Source: Candidatus Latescibacterota bacterium (GTDB lineage Bacteria > Latescibacterota > UBA2968). From it: a DNA stretch of 64,000 bases. The stretch's first letter is position 1; each line of letters begins with the position of its first letter. A program made the translations under genes and the position numbers. The stretch spans positions 3,808,001 through 3,872,000 of the forward strand of contig OZ242010.1 in NCBI GenBank assembly GCA_965204745.1, given 5' to 3'. The notes beneath the pieces are model-generated. The model did no database searches. It was not told the DNA's origin and saw only the letters and a list, made by a program, of their open reading frames with translations. Positions 39,260 through 49,594 of this stretch are shown one piece after another.

Positions 39260-40444
39260 GGCGTTGTTGCATAAATGTTGTCGTGGCGAAGTTCGTCCCT
39301 TTCCCGCGAGATTTAAGCCCCTCTTTCTATGGGATAGGACACGGGTTTCGCGATCCTCATCATGCGATTGAGCACCGCACATCCCAACCGCGCTTCCGTT
39401 TCTTGGTTCTTCTGACTTCGTGCGCGCAACTGCCGTCCAATGAGTTGCTTGTAGCGGCATAGTTGGGTTTCAACGACCGAGCGACGATGATAGCCACTGG
39501 TGCGTTTCCACTTTCGGCGGCCTTGACGCCGGATGGCTCGGATGATTTCATCGCGGGCGAGGGGAGGTGCCTTCCTGTTTCCGTGTTGTTCAATTTTGGC
39601 ATCATGGCGCGGGGGAAGAAGAGGTCGGATGGGGGCTCCTTGTTTGGGGGCGGCGCATGTGTTGAAGACCTTGCGTTTGTCATAGCCGCCATCGGCACCC
39701 ATCGTATGGACAGGGGCCAGGACTTGATCGAGCAAGGGGTTGACCTGCCAAGCGTCATCAACGCTTGCCGAAGTCAGGGTCTGTGCGACAATCTCCCCGG
39801 TGGCCTCATCGACGCCGATGTGCAATTTGCGCCAAGTCCGGCGCTTGTAAAAGCCGTGTTGACGCACCTTCCATTCCCCTTCGCCATACACTTTCAGGCC
39901 GGTGGAATCCACCACTAAATGGATCGGCGCATGACGGGATTGGACAGGTAAATCCACGTTCAAATCGCCCTGTCGCCGGCAGAGGGTCGTGTGATCGGGC
40001 ACGCGCAAAGCCACCCCCATCAACGCCAGGATGGACGTGAGAAACCCCTCGGTTTGACGCAGGGGCAAGGCAGAGACCAAGCGCAACATCAATGCCGTTT
40101 GAATAGCCAAATCTGAAAAGGTGTTTTGCCGCCCCCGTTGCGTTGGCCCTTGATGGTACCACCCCCGAAGGGCTTGCGGCGTGATCCAAAACGTCAGACT
40201 GCCCCGCTGCTTGAGACCGGCCTCGTAGGCCGCCCAGTTCCGAACCCGATAGACAGGCGCACAGCGCGGGCGACGCGGGCGACGCGGGGACTTGACAGCG
40301 GTCTTGGAAGCGGTTATCTTGGGCATGACAGGTTCCTGGTGAGAAAGGGTGAGTGGTTTCGATGATCTATATGCCCAATCTACGAAGGAGCCTGTCTTTT
40401 TGCAATCCCAACTTGCAGGTAATTGCTATTTATGCAACAAAGCC
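39260..40444 (-). mobile_element. IS5-family (IS903 group) insertion sequence
   Basis: GGCGTTGTTGCATAAAT / ATTTATGCAACAAAGCC inverted ends; 9-bp CACAAAAAC target duplication. Confidence 0.92.
39313..40326 (-). CDS. IS5/IS903 transposase
   Basis: NW..Y..GL.QRGSLTFW, DSTGLKVYGEGEW, WRKLH, ADGGYD, YHRRS..ET. Confidence 0.93.
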   Translation of the reverse strand: MPKITASKTAVKSPRRPRRPRCAPVYRVRNWAAYEAGLKQRGSLTFWITPQALRGWYHQGPTQRGRQNTFSDLAIQTALMLRLVSALPLRQTEGFLTSILALMGVALRVPDHTTLCRRQGDLNVDLPVQSRHAPIHLVVDSTGLKVYGEGEWKVRQHGFYKRRTWRKLHIGVDEATGEIVAQTLTSASVDDAWQVNPLLDQVLAPVHTMGADGGYDKRKVFNTCAAPKQGAPIRPLLPPRHDAKIEQHGNRKAPPLARDEIIRAIRRQGRRKWKRTSGYHRRSVVETQLCRYKQLIGRQLRARSQKNQETEARLGCAVLNRMMRIAKPVSYPIERGA

Positions 40445-40881
40445 CACAAAAACACAAAAAACACAAGCGGGGTACAACTGGCGATAGGCCGTTCAAAGAC
40501 ACAATCGGAGACTATCTCCCCTTCCCGAATCGGGGTGAAAGTCTTGTAGTTAATTTGTTGGTCATTGTTGATTGTTTGGTGTATGTTTTGTGTCGTATTT
40601 GTTCTTTGAAAAGTGAAGCGGGATAGGCCGTTGCTGATAAAGACATGTCTGCGACAGCGACAACCAAGCGGCAGACCTAAAATCTCCTATCAGCATAAAA
40701 TCCACAGGAAGAATAGTAAATAATAGACTATTCACTTGCGCGGCTAGCTTGACCGAGCAAGTAAAAAACGGACATGGAGGTGCTGTAAGACGGACAAGAG
40801 GTTGTATGTGCTTGGACGCTGGCCTGATGAAGCGTCAATTTCAGTTGGTCAACAATGATCAACAAGAAAGGAGCGGAGAGC

Positions 40882-42597
40882 CTATTGTTCAAAAAGCACC
40901 GGCGTTGCCAGCAAGCGGATGTTCTCTCGAATGCTGGTCAGATCGGCAATGGTTTGTTCAATGTCCTGAAGCGCGTCCTTCTTGGCCCGCTCGGCTTCGG
41001 CGATTTCGCTTTGTTTGGCTTTGATCTGCGAATCCAAGGCCGCCGCGTTCTCATCGATGAGGGCGTTCACTTGCTCCTCGAAATTTTTGGGCAGTTCGCT
41101 CCGCAATTTGCTTTTGATGGACGGGATAACGCTTCCAATCAGTTGGTTGCGAATCTGATCCTCCTGCTTCCGCTTTTGAAAGTAGGCAATAATGTCGGGC
41201 AGGAAGATAATGACGAGTTCCAACAGTGGCATCACAAAACTGGTGGTAATGGCGAGCGTGGTGGCGACAACACGGTACAAATTCCGCCCACCTTTGACTG
41301 CACTGCCGATCCCTTTGATAATCGCGCTCCCCGTGGAAAGAATCTGTGGGGCGTGGTACACTGCTTTTTCCAGCCAATTTTCATCTCTCGTATAAGAGGA
41401 CAGAATGTGGTCAATGCCTTTGACGCTGTTAGACAAGTCTTCGCCGATCTGTCTGTTCAACTGCTCCATTTCGGTTTTCACATGGCTCCCGAGCGAGGTG
41501 CGGAGGATTTCCGCCATCTGTTGCTGAAAAGCATCTTCGCCGCCGGACAGGGCGATGTTGGTCAACTCCTCTACGGCATTGTTCAAGTCCGCGCCCACGC
41601 GCTCCACAATGGTATTGACACGGGTCGTGGAATACCGCGAGCGGATGTCCTGAATCATAGCGTTTTTCTCGCGCTCCAAATCCCGGATGGCTGTGGCGAG
41701 TTTGTCAATGGCCGCTTGGTTCTCGCCCTCGTCCTTTTTCAAGGAACTGATCCAAGTGTTCAAGCTGCCGTCAATATCGAAGAAACTCGCCTCCAAGCTG
41801 GGGCGATAAAGCCGGGTGAAAAGTTTTTCCGGATCGATGGCATCGAGCGTTTTTCCAAGACTCGCCCCGCCATCCATGTCCACGGGCACGACCACATCGG
41901 CAAAGTCGAAATCGTCTTGGAGCCGATCCTTGACGTTCTGCGCGATCTCTCGAACCTCGGATTCCGAGCGCAAATTCGCCTTGCTCAAAAACACGGAAAA
42001 CGGCTTGTCGAACTCGTCAAACTCGGACAACTGCCGATGGGTCGATTGCGTGACCGTGCCCTCTTCCACGCTGATCAAGACCGCGTAATGGCTCCCTCGG
42101 TCAAGGTACGTCAAAATGGCTTTCTGGTGCAAATCCAGCGGCGAATCAAACCCCGGCATATCCACGAGCACGAGGGGCGCGATCCCCTTGAGTTGCTCGC
42201 TGTTGAGAAAGACCTCGACATATTGATATTGCGCCGCCTTTTCCTTAATCGCGCCGATCTCCTCAATGGCGTAGCGATCCGCCTCGCCATTTTCCATGAT
42301 GGCCTCGACGCGCTCCCTGTCGGAATAACGCAACTCGGTTGCCAGCGCGGTTTCCGGGGTGATGTTGACGGGCAGGAGTTCAGACCCCAAAAACGAGTTG
42401 ATCAACGTGCTCTTGCCCGCGCTGAATGCCCCGATCACCGGCACGACCAACTCGGCCTCGGCGATCTCCCGTTTCAACGCCTCTGCGGACTGGATGTTTT
42501 TCCCAAGTTCCTCAAACACCCCCAAAGCACTCGCCCTAGTCAATTCCGCCTTCACCCCATCCAAATAATCGCAAAACGTCCTCTGCGTCTGAAGCAT
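40882..42597 (-). CDS. Dynamin-like GTPase (571 aa) with hydrophobic membrane paddle
   Basis: GAFSAGKS, TPET, DMPG, SKAN; VVATTLAITTSFVMPLLELVIIFLP segment; AGGAG RBS. Confidence 0.9.
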   Translation of the reverse strand: MLQTQRTFCDYLDGVKAELTRASALGVFEELGKNIQSAEALKREIAEAELVVPVIGAFSAGKSTLINSFLGSELLPVNITPETALATELRYSDRERVEAIMENGEADRYAIEEIGAIKEKAAQYQYVEVFLNSEQLKGIAPLVLVDMPGFDSPLDLHQKAILTYLDRGSHYAVLISVEEGTVTQSTHRQLSEFDEFDKPFSVFLSKANLRSESEVREIAQNVKDRLQDDFDFADVVVPVDMDGGASLGKTLDAIDPEKLFTRLYRPSLEASFFDIDGSLNTWISSLKKDEGENQAAIDKLATAIRDLEREKNAMIQDIRSRYSTTRVNTIVERVGADLNNAVEELTNIALSGGEDAFQQQMAEILRTSLGSHVKTEMEQLNRQIGEDLSNSVKGIDHILSSYTRDENWLEKAVYHAPQILSTGSAIIKGIGSAVKGGRNLYRVVATTLAITTSFVMPLLELVIIFLPDIIAYFQKRKQEDQIRNQLIGSVIPSIKSKLRSELPKNFEEQVNALIDENAAALDSQIKAKQSEIAEAERAKKDALQDIEQTIADLTSIRENIRLLATPVLFEQ

Positions 42598-43056
42598 GGT
42601 TGTCTCCTCTGTCTGAATCGCGGATTGTCGCGGATTTATGGATTGCGCGGATTAAACCCGTCCATTCGCGTTTTGTCATAATAACAATAAAAGGCCATTG
42701 CGTCAAGCCTCTTAGGTCGGTGGTGGATTAAAGGGTGGGACTTCCAGCCCAGGTGCTATGGTACCGTTTCAATTCCATAACACGACCATCGCTACATGCT
42801 TTGGGAGCGTGGGGGGAGTGTAACGACAGAGATACGATACGATTACTGTGTTGCATTTATCCCTGGAAAATGGCAGGTAGGCAAGTGTGCAACTCACTGT
42901 TGTAGCCTACTGATGAATCTTCTCGCCTATGCACTCCACCCCACGCAAAACTGCAATTCGCTCTTTACTATTTATTTACGGGGAATATATCCCCTATGTC
43001 ACAACATGCAAGCCGAAAAAAGTTTGTAGGGCTAAAGCCCTTCTAAAAATTTGTCC

Positions 43057-43086
43057 TTGACATGCCCCCTCTCATCGGGTTATATT
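43057..43086 (+). promoter_or_regulatory. Sigma70-like promoter
   Basis: TTGACA-N18-TATATT immediately before a structured region. Confidence 0.6.
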
Positions 43087-43090
43087 TTGC

Positions 43091-43430
43091 GTGAACAGAC
43101 GACGCAAAACGTCAGGCGGCAAGCCGCTCGAAAGGGTTCGCGCCCGCGTGTTCACCTTCGGTCTTTTTCACGGCCGGCTCGCGACCGGCATTCGGTACCC
43201 GGCTCGGAATGCGATTTCTCCAAAGACCACCACGCACACGTCAGGCAAGCGGAAAATTCACAGAACCGCGAGTGGGAGTGACAGGCTACAACGCACACAA
43301 GAGGAGGTCAATATGCCACCTATCAGTACCACGCGGTCGGGCATCATCATGACCTCACCCCCGACCGTCTGACATTTGAGGTTGTGCAATATACAAACGG
43401 CCACGATCACAAGATCGCGGCCGTTTTTTT
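43091..43430 (+). ncRNA. Candidate structured ncRNA / small-ORF transcript (~330 nt)
   Basis: Nested stems GTGAACA/TGTTCAC, GGTCTTT/AAAGACC, GCATTC/GAATGC, GTCAGGC/GTCTGAC, GAGGTCA/TGACCTC; own promoter and terminator. Confidence 0.5.
43395..43430 (+). terminator. Intrinsic terminator
   Basis: AAACGGCCACGATC-acaa-GATCGCGGCCGTTTTTTT. Confidence 0.8.
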
Positions 43431-43431
43431 A

Positions 43432-44052
43432 GACCTACCCCCTGCTGGCCCCGGTTACTCGCTCCGCTCCATTATAGGCTACGCCTGTGCCTGCGAGGAA
43501 GAGGGAATGGCGATGGGGATTGCGAGGGGATTGGGACCTACCCCCTGGCCCCCTTCCTACGAGGAAGGGGGAATGGCGAGAGGTCTTCCGAGGGATTGTG
43601 TGTAAGGGTTTTTTGATTTTCATGGCGTGATCCATTCGCTCAAAGCCATCAGAATAGCTAGGGATGCAAACCGTCAAAAAGCCATGCGCTCCCCCTTTCC
43701 TCGCAGGAAAGGGGGCCGGGGGGATAGGTTTTGCGATGTGGGACCTACCCCCTGGCCCCCTTCCTACGAGGAAGGGGGAATGGCGAGAGGTTTTGCGAGG
43801 GATTGTACGAGGTGGGTTTGGATTTTCATGGCGTGATCCATTCGCCCAAAGCCATCAGAATAGCCAGGGATGCAAACCTTCAAAAAGCCATGCGCTCCCC
43901 CTTTCCTCGCAGGAAAGGGGGCCGGGGGGATAGGTCGATTTTTCATGGCGTGATCCATTCGCCCAAAGCCATCAAAACAGACAGGGATACAAACCTTCAA
44001 AAAGCCATGCGCTCCCCCTTTCCTCGCAGGAAAGGGGGCCGGGGGGATAGGT
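43432..44052. repeat. REP/BIME-like cluster with three ~115-bp units
   Basis: catggcgtgatccattcgc...aaagccatgcgctccccctttcctcgcaggaaagggggccggggggatagg three times. Confidence 0.9.
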
Positions 44053-44094
44053 CGATGGCGGTGGAACGGATGGGCACGCACGGGCAGATTTCGT

Positions 44095-44664
44095 CTATTC
44101 GTCTATTGAATCCAACAGGCGGCGCGTTTCTCGGGGCGAGCGCAGGCGGAAGACCGCGAGGTGGCGGTGTTGCGGCAGGTCGAACGCGGCGAGCAGGCTC
44201 GGTTTGCGCGACCAGTGGGTTTGGAACGCCCACAAAAACAGGGAGTCCTTTGTGAAAAAGTGCCACCACAGCTTTTCTCGGTTGCCGTTCCACAGCACGG
44301 TGCGCTTGGCGGCGCGGGAAATGGTGCGACAGAAGAGACGATAGAAGACGACCGGGAAGGCATAGTCGAGATAGATGATAGCGGTTGCGTGCGGCCATAC
44401 GAGGTCGCGGACGACGCTGTAATTGCCGTCTGCGATCCATCGGTCTGCGGCGATGGCTTTGGCGACGTTCTGCCTGAGAATGTGATTGGGCGTCGGGGCC
44501 CAGTTGGGGCCGTGCCGATACGCGTCGAACTCGATGTGGGGCACGTTCAGCCGAGACGCGAGGTGCCGGGCGAGTGTCGTCTTTCCCGCGCCCGACGTTC
44601 CGATGATGACCACGCGGCGCAAGGCGTCTTTATGAGGGGTATCGGTCACGGGGATGCCTCTCAC
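44095..44664 (-). CDS. Adenylate-kinase-like / FlaR-type P-loop protein
   Basis: GTSGAGKTT, WIADGNY, LWNGNRE. Confidence 0.85.
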   Translation of the reverse strand: MRGIPVTDTPHKDALRRVVIIGTSGAGKTTLARHLASRLNVPHIEFDAYRHGPNWAPTPNHILRQNVAKAIAADRWIADGNYSVVRDLVWPHATAIIYLDYAFPVVFYRLFCRTISRAAKRTVLWNGNREKLWWHFFTKDSLFLWAFQTHWSRKPSLLAAFDLPQHRHLAVFRLRSPRETRRLLDSIDE

Positions 44665-45450
44665 TTATCTCGCGCCGATCAAATACGCGACAGCCACCTT
44701 TGCCATTCCCGCATTGTCGTGTCCCACATCGGGCACGGTATCCAATACCCAATGACAGGGCGCGCCCAGGGCTTTGGCCTCGCGGTTAGCGGTTTCAAAA
44801 AACGTGTGACCGCGTTCAAACCGGTGCATGCCCTGCCGCATTGCCCCTCGCGTGCGCCGCAATTTGGGATGGTTCACATCCACGTCATCGCTGCCCAAAA
44901 GCACCACGACCCGCTGGCGCAACGCCCGCTTCAAATCCGCCGCAGTCAGGCCAGACCCGGCCAAGCCGTAGGGATAGGCCAAGTCGAAGGTGGGCATCGT
45001 GTACCACCCAGCATTGGCCGCAACAAAAAGACGCGCCCGCGCCCGAGGCATAAAGTACAAAAACCGATGGACAAACTGGCTACCCGCCGAATGCCCGTAA
45101 AATCCGTAGGACGTCGCGTGCAATCCCGCACGTTTTTTCACGCGATCAAAAATGCCTTCGATCACCTGAAATGACCAATCGGCCTCGGGATTTCGCGCGC
45201 CGCCTTTGGCAAACACATTGCCGAGATTAAACGACCGTTCATCCGGATAATGCGCCAAAGAAAACGCCGGCGCCAACAACAAAAATCCATGTGCATCGGC
45301 ATGGCGCGCCCATGTATCGCGGTAAGCGCTGGCATTGCGCGACGCACCGTGCAATGCGAACACCACAGGCAAATCGGTCAGGCGACCTTTCGGGCAGTGA
45401 TACCACACCCGCACGCGACCAAAATCAAAAGTTCCAGAACTTCGATTCAT
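44665..45450 (-). CDS. Alpha/beta hydrolase
   Basis: HGA.RN, GHSAGSQF nucleophile elbow, ANAGWY, VGHD. Confidence 0.85.
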   Translation of the reverse strand: MNRSSGTFDFGRVRVWYHCPKGRLTDLPVVFALHGASRNASAYRDTWARHADAHGFLLLAPAFSLAHYPDERSFNLGNVFAKGGARNPEADWSFQVIEGIFDRVKKRAGLHATSYGFYGHSAGSQFVHRFLYFMPRARARLFVAANAGWYTMPTFDLAYPYGLAGSGLTAADLKRALRQRVVVLLGSDDVDVNHPKLRRTRGAMRQGMHRFERGHTFFETANREAKALGAPCHWVLDTVPDVGHDNAGMAKVAVAYLIGAR

Positions 45451-45592
45451 CGTTTATTCTCCAAGGGGGACGCCCCTACGATTGCCTTTGACCTATACGA
45501 CACCTCGACCCGTCATTGCTTCGGACAGGCACGGGGGCCTGTTCCTACGATTGCCTTTCATCTGCGTTCTTATGCGTTCTAATTTTCGTCGT

Positions 45593-46552
45593 TTATTCTC
45601 CAAACCGATTGACGGCATTTCGCACCGGGGGAACGGTTTGCAAATAGGCGTAGATGGCGTTGAGGTCTTCGTCCGTCATGCCCGCGTACATGGTCCACGG
45701 CATCACGGTGTTCATCCCGTCTTGCAGGGGGATTTGCGTTGCGGTTGCGAATTGCCTGAAGCGGCTCGTAAAATACTGTTTTTGCCAGTGCCCGATGCCG
45801 GTTTCCATATCTGGGGTGATGTTGGCCGATTGCACGACTTTCCCGCTGGGCAACACAAATTGAAATCCCCCGGCGAATTGCATGCCCGCGATGGGCTGCC
45901 GCTGGATGTGCGGCGTGTGGCAAGTGGCGCATCCGGCAATGGTCGCCAAATATTTGCCATAACCGACTGCGTCTGAACGGTCTATCGGCGCGGGTGGACG
46001 ATATGCTCGAGGCATGGTGCGGACTATCAAATCGGTGGGAAAATTCAACGCGGAACGCGGGGGCTTATGGTCGATGGGGCGCAACGTACGCAGGTACGCC
46101 ACGATGGCCTCGGCGTCCGCTCGCATCAAAAACCGGTACGCGCGATAGGGCATCAGGGGAAACAGGGGATCGCCAGCTTTGGTCACCCCACTCGTAAAAG
46201 CGCGGATGATCTCGCCATCGGTCCAATGATCCAGCGCGGCAGGCGTGATGTTGGGCGCGACCAAGGTGCCCGGAAATCCCGCGGCTTCGGAAAACACCTC
46301 GCCGCCCTTGCCCTCGGTGCCCGGTATAGGCGGCGCGGAAAAATGCGTCCAATCGCGCGTGGAATGGCATTCGAGGCACACGGTCACATGGTGGGCCAAA
46401 TAACGCCCGCGTGCGACCTGCTCGGGCGTTCCCGCCACGCGAACATCGGGCGGCGGCCCCACATTGGGCAACTGGGTTTTCACATAGTACATTCCGCAGA
46501 GCGCGGCCCCAACCACGAGCGCGACCATCGCGACCACAACGACTCGCTTCAT
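45593..46552 (-). CDS. Membrane-anchored diheme cytochrome c
   Basis: CLECH and CATCH heme motifs, NITP repeats, MP ligands. Confidence 0.9.
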   Translation of the reverse strand: MKRVVVVAMVALVVGAALCGMYYVKTQLPNVGPPPDVRVAGTPEQVARGRYLAHHVTVCLECHSTRDWTHFSAPPIPGTEGKGGEVFSEAAGFPGTLVAPNITPAALDHWTDGEIIRAFTSGVTKAGDPLFPLMPYRAYRFLMRADAEAIVAYLRTLRPIDHKPPRSALNFPTDLIVRTMPRAYRPPAPIDRSDAVGYGKYLATIAGCATCHTPHIQRQPIAGMQFAGGFQFVLPSGKVVQSANITPDMETGIGHWQKQYFTSRFRQFATATQIPLQDGMNTVMPWTMYAGMTDEDLNAIYAYLQTVPPVRNAVNRFGE

Positions 46553-46606
46553 CGATCCATCTCTCCGAGTATGACGCCCACACAAAAACTATGGCAAACG
46601 ATAAAT

Positions 46607-47647
46607 TTATCCGCCCTCGTTGTCAATGCGTTCCACGGCATTGCGGATCCCCACCATCTGCCCGATAGCAAATGCCCATCCGATGCGGGTATCGGGCGTG
46701 TCGCCCAAAATCCCCGGCGTGTGGTCCGGGTCGATCAGGCCATCGTACCCCACGTCTTGAAACGCCTGCACGCAAGCAACCATATCGCACTCGCCATCAT
46801 CGTGAAACGTCTCCACGTACTTAAACCGCGGAACCTCGACCTTCACGTTTCGGAAATGCACGGTGCCAATGCGGTTGCGCGCCCCAAAATAGCGGATCAT
46901 CGCCACGGCATCCGCGCCCTTTTCCGTCATCACGCCCGTGTCAAAAAAAACGCAGTTGGACGGACTATCCACCACCTCGATCAGCCGCATCATCCCCGCC
47001 ACATCGCCTAGGGGTTGGGCCACCCCGCGATAGTCCGGCACTGGCGGATCATTGGGATGCGCGGCGAGTTGAACGCCCGCGCTTTCCGCTGTGGGGATCG
47101 CGCTTTCGAGAAAATACGTCAGATTGTCCCACATCTCGTCCATGCCGATTCGCCCGATAGAATCGAGTGGGGGCAACTGGGCGATCCGCTCGTGGTCAAA
47201 GTCGCGCAAATCCGCGCCGCCGCGCCCGGCACCGCGCTGCGCCGCATATCCCTCTGACGCTCGGAGGGCCGTAAAACTGTAATGCAGTGCCCGAAGCCCG
47301 AGCCGCCCGGCGATTTCGATATTGGCTTTTGCGATCTCCAAATCGTCCGCCCGGCCCGGCTGGCCCATCAAAACGCGCCCGGAAAGATCCAATCTGGCGA
47401 TGAGCGGTTGCAACTCAAATGCCTCGATCCGCGCTTTGATGCGCTGCAATTCGCGCTCATCCCAAACCCCTCCCTGTGCGCCTTTTGGCCCGGTCTGGAT
47501 CGGAGGCACCAATTGGCGTTCCCCGGCGCCTGGGACCTCTCGCCATCGCGTTGGCATCGAGACCGCCTCCACGCCGATCTGCCGATAAAATCGCAAGGTG
47601 TGTTCTGAAACATCGCCAACACCCTTGCCAATTTTGATTTGCGACAT
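46607..47647 (-). CDS. Mannonate dehydratase (UxuA)-like enzyme
   Basis: AAHPNDPP, VHFRNV, PDHTP motifs. Confidence 0.85.
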   Translation of the reverse strand: MSQIKIGKGVGDVSEHTLRFYRQIGVEAVSMPTRWREVPGAGERQLVPPIQTGPKGAQGGVWDERELQRIKARIEAFELQPLIARLDLSGRVLMGQPGRADDLEIAKANIEIAGRLGLRALHYSFTALRASEGYAAQRGAGRGGADLRDFDHERIAQLPPLDSIGRIGMDEMWDNLTYFLESAIPTAESAGVQLAAHPNDPPVPDYRGVAQPLGDVAGMMRLIEVVDSPSNCVFFDTGVMTEKGADAVAMIRYFGARNRIGTVHFRNVKVEVPRFKYVETFHDDGECDMVACVQAFQDVGYDGLIDPDHTPGILGDTPDTRIGWAFAIGQMVGIRNAVERIDNEGG

Positions 47648-47753
47648 TGCGTATCCTCCTTTTTTTGAGTATCATAGAGCAACCCCGCCGCCACGGGGGC
47701 CTGTCTCTACGGGGGATGGGGGTGGACTGACAACTGACAACTGGATCATTTCC

Positions 47754-49409
47754 ATGCTCAAATACGAATCACTGCTGGACAAGTTGAACGAACAGACAGA
47801 AGCTCTGTTGCCCCGTCAGGTGATGGATGCGCGGAGGGCGGATTACGGCGGGTTTGTCAGCGAGGGCATTGCCGGGGCTTCTAATGTGAGCGCGGTGACG
47901 ACTCTGGGATATGCCTATCTTTTGGAAGGCGGGCGGTATTACCGGAGCGAGGCCATTTTGACGCGCATTCTCACGGGCGCGACCTTTGCCCGAAATGTCC
48001 GCCGGGAGAGCGGGTGTTATGATTTGGTGACGACCAATTTCGATTCGTCGCCGGATACGGGGTTTATCGTCATGGCACTCGCGCCCGTGGTTCGGGCCGC
48101 GCGCAAAGCCGAAGATGAGGGCGCAGGGCAGATCGCCGAGGCCCTGGGGGAGGTGATTCAAACCGGGGTTCCGGGCATGATCGCGGGGGGGTTTCACACG
48201 CCAAATCACCGCTGGGTGCTGGTGGCCGCGCTATCCCTCGCGCTGGAGCTCTTTCCCGAGTTAGAGGGGATGGACGCGATAGAAAGCTATCTCGCGGAGA
48301 CGGTAGATATAAACGCGGATGGCGAATACATCGAGCGCAGCGCGGGCACGTACAATGCGATCTGCAATCGCGCGCTGAGGTTGGCCGCCGCCGCGCTCGA
48401 CCGGCTCGACCTGTTAAAACCCGTGCGGAAAAATCTCGATTTGTCCTATCACATGTTGCACGCGGACGGAACGGTTGTGACGAGTTTTTCGCACAGGCAG
48501 GATTTTGGCACGCGCACGGTGCTGGTCAATATGGTCGATAGCTACTACGACATGGCGCGGCGCGATGGCAATGGGTTTTACGCGGCCGTGGCCGATTGGC
48601 TGTACGCGATGTCCCCGGGCGGATTGCCGTGGACGCTGGAGCCGTTTTTGACCCATCCCGAATGGCGCGTGGATGATCTGCAACGCGAGCCGTTGCCCGA
48701 GTCCTACGCAAAGGTGTATCCCACGGCGCGATTGTGGCGCGTGCGGCGCGGGAAAACGAGCGCGACCGCCGGCGCGGGGGTGACGTCGCCATTTGCTGTC
48801 AAACATGGGGAAGTGGAATTGGCGTCCGTGAATTTGTGCGCGAGTTATTTTGCTATCGCACAATTTTCAGGCGAGACTTTTGAAGCAGTGGATGGCAAAA
48901 TTACAATGGCGCACGAGAGTCGAAGCGCGGATGGCAGCAGGCCCGGCTACGACCTGCCCTTGGGCCGCGAGGTCGCGTTTGATAAATTCTACGAGGTGCG
49001 GAAAGAACGCGAGGTGTACGCACTGCCACCGCTGACGACCACGCTGGAAATTGCAGAGGTGGCAGGCGGGTTTGATCTGCATGTGAACGCGGCGGGTTAT
49101 GATGGCGTGCCGTTTCAAATCGCGTGCGATTTCGTACCGGGCGGCGAGTTGGATTTTGACAGTGGGATTGTGCGCGGGCAAGCGGGCGAGGTGGCATTTC
49201 TCAAGGATGGATACGCGACTTATCACCTGGGCAATGACGCGATTTCCATTGGGCCGGGCGCGTACGCCCACCGGTTTTGGCAGATGCGCGGCAGCGAGTC
49301 CGCCCCCACCGCCTTTCGCGTTTTGCTGACGTTTGTCACGCCCGTGGATCGCGTTCTGAAAATCAGATGCGGAACGTGGTCAGCAACAGAGGAGATAGCC
49401 CATGAATGA
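47754..49409 (+). CDS. Hypothetical protein, heparinase II/III-like
   Basis: GGFHTPNHRW, DGEYIERS..Y motifs; start at MLKY. Confidence 0.65.
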   Translation: MLKYESLLDKLNEQTEALLPRQVMDARRADYGGFVSEGIAGASNVSAVTTLGYAYLLEGGRYYRSEAILTRILTGATFARNVRRESGCYDLVTTNFDSSPDTGFIVMALAPVVRAARKAEDEGAGQIAEALGEVIQTGVPGMIAGGFHTPNHRWVLVAALSLALELFPELEGMDAIESYLAETVDINADGEYIERSAGTYNAICNRALRLAAAALDRLDLLKPVRKNLDLSYHMLHADGTVVTSFSHRQDFGTRTVLVNMVDSYYDMARRDGNGFYAAVADWLYAMSPGGLPWTLEPFLTHPEWRVDDLQREPLPESYAKVYPTARLWRVRRGKTSATAGAGVTSPFAVKHGEVELASVNLCASYFAIAQFSGETFEAVDGKITMAHESRSADGSRPGYDLPLGREVAFDKFYEVRKEREVYALPPLTTTLEIAEVAGGFDLHVNAAGYDGVPFQIACDFVPGGELDFDSGIVRGQAGEVAFLKDGYATYHLGNDAISIGPGAYAHRFWQMRGSESAPTAFRVLLTFVTPVDRVLKIRCGTWSATEEIAHE

Positions 49410-49594
49410 TGGCCCGACCACCCCAGTCCGTACGGCTATTTTTTTTGCAAAAAAAGTGCAGTCGCGCTCTGGTGCGTGATTTTCGCGTGGTGATAGAACG
49501 CGATCTGTTCCGCGAGCCGCCGCATCCACGCCATTCCAGTCGATCTGACCATGCGGGCAGGGCGCATCGTCTTTGCGCGCGATGGGGCCGGGTT

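Noticed and set aside
40855-42681. 608-aa plus-strand ORF and other long antisense ORFs (e.g. 18574-19968, 25257-26531)
   Set aside because: Shadow frames of genuine genes in GC-rich DNA; no recognisable motifs.
42766-42776. GTTTCAATTCC, resembling a CRISPR repeat start
   Set aside because: Single occurrence, no array.
43101-43145. c-di-GMP-I riboswitch (GACGCAAA, GGCAAG..GAAA)
   Set aside because: Motif order is reversed relative to the consensus and the P3 elements are missing; kept only as an unknown RNA.
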